Below, piece after piece: positions 56,408 through 64,000 of a stretch of DNA of 64,000 nt (its first letter is position 1; each line of letters opens with the position of its first letter). The notes beneath the pieces are model-generated. The model ran no database searches. It saw only the letters and a list, made by a program, of their open reading frames with translations, and was not told the origin of the DNA. A program made the translations under genes and the position numbers. This DNA is from the human T2T-CHM13v2.0 reference genome, Homo sapiens. The stretch lies in the NCBI RefSeq assembly GCF_009914755.1, contig NC_060926.1; one strand, 5' to 3'.

Positions 56408-57800
56408 ATTAATTTTAAAAGAATTTCAGACTTAAAAAAAGTTGCAAACTAGTACAAGGAGTACTAGTTGCTATATAATCTTTCTTACTTTCCCCAAATA
56501 ATGTCTCACATAATCATAGTGTGATGATCAAAACTAGGAAATTAACAGGGACACAATACTATTAATCATTGTCCTGCTGATGCCCTTTTCTGGGTCCGGG
56601 ATCTAGGGCCGGTTCCTACATTGCATTTAGTTGTTATGTCTCTCCAGTTTCTTCTAATTTGGAACAGTCAGTCTGTCTTTGTTCTTTATGATTTTGATAA
56701 TTTTGGGGATTACTGACCAGTTATTTCATAGACTTTGATTCAGGCTGGGCATTTTTGGCAAGAATATCGTGGAAGTGATCTTGTGTACATATTAGTGCAT
56801 TATCATCACATGCCCATGGTATCTGCATGTCTCGTTACTTTGCTAACTTGATCACTTGGTTAAGGTGGGGCCTGCCAGATGTCTCCACAGTAAAGCTATG
56901 ATTTTTCTCTTTGTAATTAGTGTCTTGTGGGGAGATACTTTGCAACTCTGCAAATATCTTGTTTCACATCCTACATTTGCTAATTAATTTTAGCGTTTGT
57001 TGATTTCCTGGCTGCATCAATTATCACTGTGGTGTTTGCCAAATAGTGATTTTTAAATTTCTGTCATCCCGTCATATGAGTTAGAATTCTGTGAGGGTGA
57101 GCTATTCCTTCTCCTCTTATTATTTATTCAGTTATTTATATCTGTATGGATTCATGGATATTTGGTTATGGGTTACAATCTCTTCCTATGATTATTTATT
57201 ATATTGCTCAAATTGTTCCAGATTTGGCTATTGTGAGGTCCTTAAATTTGGCTTGTAATGTTCTTTTGACATGTTCCAATTTTTGGACCAATTTCTTACT
57301 TTTGGTACCATAAGATGTTCCAAGCTTATCTTGGATTTTTTTTTTTCTTTTCCTGCTCCAGCCCTGGAATCAGTCATTTTTCTAAGAAGCTCTAGTTCGC
57401 CTTATTAGAGAAAGGTATATAGAAACCAAAATTTGGTGCTAGATGTGCTTATTGTTCCTAAGATGTCAGTACTTCTAGCCGTTCTCAACAGATAGAGCTA
57501 GGAAGTATATGTGTATACATATACATATGCACACGTTTGTATCTATATATTAAAAACCTTAGGGTTCATTCTCACTTTCCCCCTTATATGTAACTCTTTT
57601 ATCTGAATGTGAGAAACCTGGTTGTCATTATCCACAATGTGTTTACTTATTTGTGCAATTCTAAGCTACACACATAGTAGTTTTCAGAATGCTAACACAT
57701 ACCCCACGAGAAATTTGCTAACTAGAATGTAACATTTGTGTGCATTTTTTTTTGTTTTTAGTGTTAGAATAGAGTACTGTTTTCTAAAGTTATTTAGGTT
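56408..57800 (-). mobile_element. L1MC (L1MC3/4-like) 3' region
   Basis: aatttcagactta..aaaagttgcaaa.tagtaca; cattgcatttagttgttatgtctct; tcacttggttaaggtgg; cagccctggaatcagtcattttt. Confidence 0.82.
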
Positions 57801-58111
57801 CTTCTCTACCTACTTTGTGCTTTTGTTCATTTGTAATACATTAGGTTCTCTTATTTCATTTTGATTAAAATCATGTTGGTTTTATTTATTTTTAGGTGAT
57901 GTCAAATATTGTCACAGTTCTAAGACTTATAAATACATGAAAAGTATGCTCAGAAGGTGTCATTTCTTCCTCATTCTTTCTGACTCATTCCTGTCCTCTT
58001 TCTGTAGATAATCTCATTACTTCTTGGTTTATCCTTCCTGTATATATATTTTTTACACACATCAGCAGATGCATACTGTATTTTCTTATTTCCTTTTTTT
58101 ATACTTGAAAG

Positions 58112-58651
58112 GTGGTATTTTTTGTTGTTGCACAAAAATTGCCACAAACTTAGTGGCTTAAAACAACACAAATGTATTAGCTCATAGTTTCTGTGGGTCA
58201 GGAGTTTGGACATGGGTTAGTCGGGTTTTCTGCTTTTCTGCTCAGACTCACCAGGCTGAAATTCAGGTGTTGGCCAGGGTTTCGATATCATCTGAGGCTT
58301 GGGAGTCCTTTTCCAAGCTAACTGGTTGTTGGCAGAATTCCATTGCTTGCGGTGGTTGCACTGAAGCCCTTATCTCCAAGAAGCTGCCCACATGACCTCT
58401 CCCTGGTTTGTCTCTTAGTAGTGGCTCTGCTGCTTTGGATTTTTCTAATATTTTCTCTAGCCCTAGACTATCTTTAAAGGGTATACTTCTTAAGGTCAGA
58501 CCCACCCAGGATAATCCCCTTTCACCTTTGCCATATAATGTAACCTAATCATGGGAGTGAAGTCATGTCATACTCATAACCTATCTACAGTTAGGAGGAG
58601 ATGATAATATATGACATGTGCCCCAGAAAGCAGGAATCTTGGAGGCTATCT
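58112..58651 (-). mobile_element. MaLR solo LTR, MLT1E-like
   Basis: ccacaaacttagtggcttaaaacaacac...gttggcagaattc...cccacccaggataatc...gcaggaatcttggaggctatctta. Confidence 0.85.
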
Positions 58652-60997
58652 TAAAATTCACCTTTTACCATGTAGCATACTATAGGTAGAATTGCAAGAT
58701 AGCCTCCAAGTGCAAAAATTTGAAAAAGTATTGTTATATTGTCTATGCTTTTTCTCCATGAGATGTAGAGTTTTTGTTCAATTTATTAAAAATACTAATT
58801 TTGGCAGTTAGGGTTTGAATTTCTGTTCTAGTGTTATGTTTGTATTTTACCATTTTTTTTAAAAAAATGCCCACAGCCACAGGTTTCTTATTTAACTTTA
58901 TATTATCTGGGTTGTCAGTTTTTAAGGATATTCTTGAACCCTTACCTATTTCCTGTACACCAATCCATGAACTCAGTCAAATTTCCAGTTTTACTCTTCC
59001 TTCTTCTATTTGTTTAAGTCGTATTACTTCTATGTTGTCACAACATATAATATTGTCACATTGTTCTTTCAGCTCTGCATTTCGATCTTCTGGCAGATTT
59101 TACTGACGATAATGTTTTTGTGTAACATATATTGTTGCTGTCTTATATCAGGAATCTCTCTACCACCACCCTTTTTCTTTAAAACCTTGAGAATACTGAG
59201 ATTTGGGAGATCATCAAGGAAAATAAAACTGAAGACAAACAAATGTACTTACCTGAATGTTCAGAGACCTCACCATTCATGTGCATTATTGAAAACATGG
59301 CAAATGGTTCCTACTTCAGAAAGAGGCAGAATTAGTCCCCCTTCAACTTAATTAGTGAAGGAATTTGGCATCTTTGTAAACATAAAGGGCCTATGTGGTT
59401 CATGTATCTTTCTGTAAGGCAATAACCATGAAGGGCAAAGGGGCCCTTAGTTAATTATAACTTGAGTAGGATGGGAGGGGTCAATGGCATTTTAACGTAG
59501 AAGAACCAAGTGTTAGTAAAGAGCTTTTCTTCTCCGGGAGCTTGGTCAGCTATGTTTTCTGTGAAGCCTGATTGGGGAGTCAAAGTCCCAGTGGAAAAGT
59601 GTTGATGAGAAGGCAGATTCTAGAGGATCAATATTTCGAACCTCCTTTTAAGCTCATCCAACTTCACAGCTAAAAAGCTGTTGAGGCTTCAGAAAAAGGA
59701 AAGGCACAAAGGAATGAATGAATCAGAATTTGCCTGGATGTGATGTTCCTGATGATGGTCAAAAGTCCTGAGAGTTCCAGCCTTGAGGCCTGGCTTCCCT
59801 CTCTCTGCAGGCCTCTTGCTGGTTGCTTTTGGAGGAAGCTGAGTGTTTGGGTTGTTGTGATTGCTGCTGTTGGGGATTTCATATAACATAGCTCTGGAAG
59901 GTCTTGTACTCATGACTATTAGTTATTCAAGGCCACCTAAAATCTAAATCAAAGAAATGACTAGACAGAAGTGAAAAAAAGGGCCTGATTCGTGAAACGA
60001 TTTCCCAACTTTGTGATAGGTCACTCAAGGCTTAGTGTAGGCTTTTTTCAAGGTAGGTGTCTTTTAGGACTGAATCGGTTCCAAGCTATATGAGAAAGCT
60101 TGTGTGTGAATAGGTTTCTGCTGGCAGATGGTTGGCAGGCTCAACCATCAGCCTTCCAGACTTGGGATTCTAACAAAATTCTATTCTGTGGCACAAGCCT
60201 AGAATAAGTATGATCCATATAAATACATTCATTTATGCACATATTAGCAGTACACTGAGTTCTTGTTTTTGTGATTTTGATGATCTGGTGCTTTTGGTTT
60301 TCCTAATACTGGTTCATGGAGAAATAAGTTGTACTGTGTTGGCTAAAACCCGACTCTGGATGCACTAAATAATTCTTCTGAGTTTCTTTCTCTTTTTCCT
60401 CTAGCCTGGAGGAAGTCTGTCTGCTTTCTCTTTTGCAGTCTGGAGATAGAGCATTGACCCCTGAAGCAATGCTGGGTTTACTTTATTAGAGCTCACCCGC
60501 AGATGTTAATGAAAGCAGAACAGTGAATTAGTGCTGACTTCAGAGCAGAACAACTTGGGTGGGGGAATCTGTGAAGAGAACATGTTGTTATAGGCAACAC
60601 CCAGGGGAAAATTGACAAATCACAGTAAGAATCATTGGATATTTCTGCCCCACCAAGAGAGCAGGAGGGTGAGAACTAAATCATCCTCTGAAATACACTT
60701 AGATTAAGAAATCAGTCTGATGTTCATTTCACAACATTCATCAGAAAGAAAAACAGGACTGATCCCAGGCAAAATTTATTGGTGGGAAAAATGTCGTGTT
60801 CTATCTCCTCCTCCTCTCTGCTTAGCCCCCCAGCACCTGATTAATTAAAACTCTGCCATCTACCGGCTCAGAACGTTTTTCTTAGAAGCACCTGAGATTC
60901 GTTCAGCTAAAGAATCAACAGCTGTCAACCGCAGCAAATAGATCCCCTACCCTCTACCATATCCCAGTATCCTAACAATGCCTTAAAATGAGCATCA

Positions 60998-61274
60998 AGC
61001 CGGGTGCGATGGCTCACGCCTGTAATCCTAGCACTTGGAGGTCGAGGTCGGTGGATCACCTGAGGTCAGGAGTTCTAGACCAGCCTGGCCAACATGGCGA
61101 AACCCTGTTTCTACTAAAAATACAAAAATTAGCTGGGTGTGGTGGCGGGTGCCTGTAATTCTAGCTACTCGGGAGACTGAGGCAGGGGAATCACTTGAAC
61201 CCCAGCGAGGCAGAGGTTGCAGTGAGCCGAGATCACACCACTTCACTCCAGCCTGGGTAAAACAAACAAAAAAA
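60998..61274 (+). mobile_element. Alu, AluSx-like, 3' end shortened
   Basis: Dimer ending ccagcctgggt then an AAAC-type tail. Confidence 0.93.
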
Positions 61275-61276
61275 CC

Positions 61277-61602
61277 AGGCATCAAAACTCGGATGTCTCC
61301 AGGAGTCAGTTAGGTCTCTTAAATTTGTAAAATCTGCCTGGATTTGACACAAAAGGGAGTGGTGGAACCTTGGCAAGCCTGTGAGTTAAGTCCCTGACCG
61401 AGGCAGGCGCCACTCGGCTTTAGCCCATACTGGCAAGGCAGGCCGGTGCTGTGAGGCCTTCCAAATTTTCATGAGAAGATGAAAATTTTGATTCTTCTAT
61501 GAAATCTTTCACATTTTTCATGACGGTTTTAAAAGTTTTACAGGCAGTAAAAACAATTCTTTGTGCCCTTATGCCCTGAAATCAAACCCTGTGGGCCAGT
61601 AA
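61277..61602 (+). mobile_element. MER102-like (hAT-Charlie)
   Basis: agggagtggtgg..ggc...gccactcggct..gagaag..tatgaaatct...gtgggccagt. Confidence 0.6.
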
Positions 61603-62779
61603 TTCCCAAATAGAGTCCTCAACCTAATATGCTTTCCTTAAAGCTAAATGTATTTAAGGATTATCTCTTTATTTTGATATTTTTATCCTTGCTATATTGT
61701 TGATGTAAGAATGTAATTGCTTTTCTAAAGTGACTCGGGGATAGGGTTAGCTTTTACCTGCATTCAGTTGAACTTGAAGGATGACCTTCCCAAAAGGGAA
61801 CTCAGAAAATGTATCTGACTCTTCTAAAAGACATGTAACTTAAAAGCATAATTCTTTATGAGCTGATATTGAGAGCTCCCAATGGGTTGATGGAAATGCT
61901 AATGAAGGCTCTATTCAATTTTTAAGTTTATCTTCAATGAGCAGCCAGTACAGAGGCTCCAAACCAAACTAGCCAGCTTGCCCTGATGCTGGAAAGCAAA
62001 ATCCCCCAGGATGTCCACGGTTTTGGGTGAGAGGGTCTCAGGAATATTTACACAGAAGGGAGCAAAGAGCCTGATTGTGTTCCTGGCTTTAACAAGTAAA
62101 GATATTCTGTTTCCATCTGTGTAAATTTGCGTGACTTTTTTTTTTTTAATTTTGAGTAATTAATTGCCAAGACTCCATTTAGAAGGAAGACGATGATGAG
62201 AATGAATCTTGTGAAAGTCCATACTGTACTGTTTCTCTAATGGGGTCCTGTGAACCCCCTGCGATTTACATATTGGCAGAAGGTCCAGTGTACACTTTGA
62301 ATGTGATCCAAACGTTCTAGTTCATTTAAATTTCATAAGTTATAGTTTCCGGAAGGAGAAACTGTAACTGCATGGTAGCAAGTATGGAAAGGAACCTAGT
62401 TTTCACTGTTATGCCCTGTCATTTAACAGTAGCTTTGAGTAGTTTTTAAATCAAAAACAAGAAAATGTTGATGCCTTAACTTTTTAACCCCTTGTTCTTC
62501 GTGCGAGTCTATAGGGTAAGTTCTTCTTGTGGAAAACACTTGGGTTATTTTGGGCGAGGTGGCGCTAACAGAGTTTTGCTTGAGGATGTGCTTATCTGAT
62601 TCTCTCTTCCCATTCAAATATAGGATTGATTGTTTTCATCCTTGGAGCACCCACTAGGTACAACCCTGTTGGAAACCTTAATGGTGAAAGCAGCGTCTAT
62701 TCATTGAATTCTTTTTAATGTGTCAGAAACTGTGCTTTGTGAAACACAGGTTATAACATTTATTTTTCACAATGGTCTA

Positions 62780-63150
<371 letters not shown>

Positions 63151-63507
63151 AGTACCATCTTTATTTCATTGTGTGGAGAGTGGGAGAGGAAGGTACAGAA
63201 GTATGGTGGGTTTGCGAGTTTAGTAGCAGGAAAGGGAGCGAGTTCTTGTATAAGGGGGTTTATTTCCTTCATGACATACAAGGGGTGAGGCTATATTGAG
63301 AGAAGGGGGTAAGGAGAGGGTATGGAGGTTGGAGGTTGGAAGAGATTGTAAATGGTTGACCAGAAGAAGGTAGATGTTCCCTGGGCAGTGTTGAGGGTAG
63401 ATGTTTTCCGGGCAAGTGATAGTTGGTTCTCTGTGGTTGACTGATCTTCCTGTTGCATGGCACTCTCTGCAGTCTCAGGTGCTTCTGTATCAGGAGGGAC
63501 AAAATGG

Positions 63508-64000
63508 TATTAAAGAGGAATTACTCATGACACTCGTTCAAGATGGTAAGGCAGACTTTATTTAGTACCATCACGATAGGCGTAGGGACCACTGCAGTGG
63601 GATTTTTGCAGTGAGGGAGAGAGATTGAGCTCAATTCTGAACAGAGCATGGACAAATAGGAATTTATAGCCAAGGAGTGGAGTGGAGGTCAGTGGATGGA
63701 AAATTACTAGGAGGAAACATCAGGGCTATAGGAGTGAAGTAGGGGAAGAAAGGGAGAGAATTCTGGTTAAAGTGATCCTGACCTATTATAGGATTCTTGT
63801 TGAAGGCAGGCCAGGGTGATCAGATACCATCTGGGGAATGGGAGAGGATGAGGAACCCAATTAATTAGTGGGGGTGATTAGACATAGAGGGTGGGGAATT
63901 CTGGATAAACTGACTTAGAGTTCTTGCCAAAACCAGATTTTATAAGGAAGTGTATACACGGATGTAGGAGAATGTAAAGGAGCCTGACTAAAGTTTGGTC
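63508..64000 (-). mobile_element. ERV1 LTR, MER31/MER67-like, cut by the window end
   Basis: catgacact..agatggtaagg..gactttatt; atttatagccaaggag; ggagcctgactaaagtttggtc. Confidence 0.8.

Noticed and set aside
63160-63490. G-rich segment with a 27-bp-period imperfect repeat, possibly an LTR fragment
   Set aside because: I could not assign a family with confidence

Overview
Primate (very probably human) non-coding genomic DNA, most likely from inside a long intron. The + strand looks T/G-rich by eye, which would fit a + strand host gene, but I cannot name the gene. I found no convincing protein-coding exon, RNA gene, CpG island or prokaryotic-type system. Many listed ORFs are Alu or microsatellite translations and the rest look like short chance frames. 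The window is a typical repeat mosaic. It holds about 31 Alu elements (FLAM/FRAM, AluJ, AluS; no clear AluY), MIR, L2 and old L1M fragments, and hAT DNA transposons (MER1A, MER3, MER5, Charlie4a-like, MER102). It also holds MaLR/ERV LTRs (MLT1, MST, MER31/67-like), microsatellites and several short local duplications. The best leads are regulatory. They are a perfect CACGTG-N5-CACGTG (ChoRE-type) element inside a MER5 transposon, a promoter/first-exon-like segment near 50.5-51.8 kb, motif-doubling micro-duplications, G-quadruplex motifs and structurally odd Alus. Repeat subfamily names come from recalled consensus features, not a database search, and repeat boundaries are approximate.
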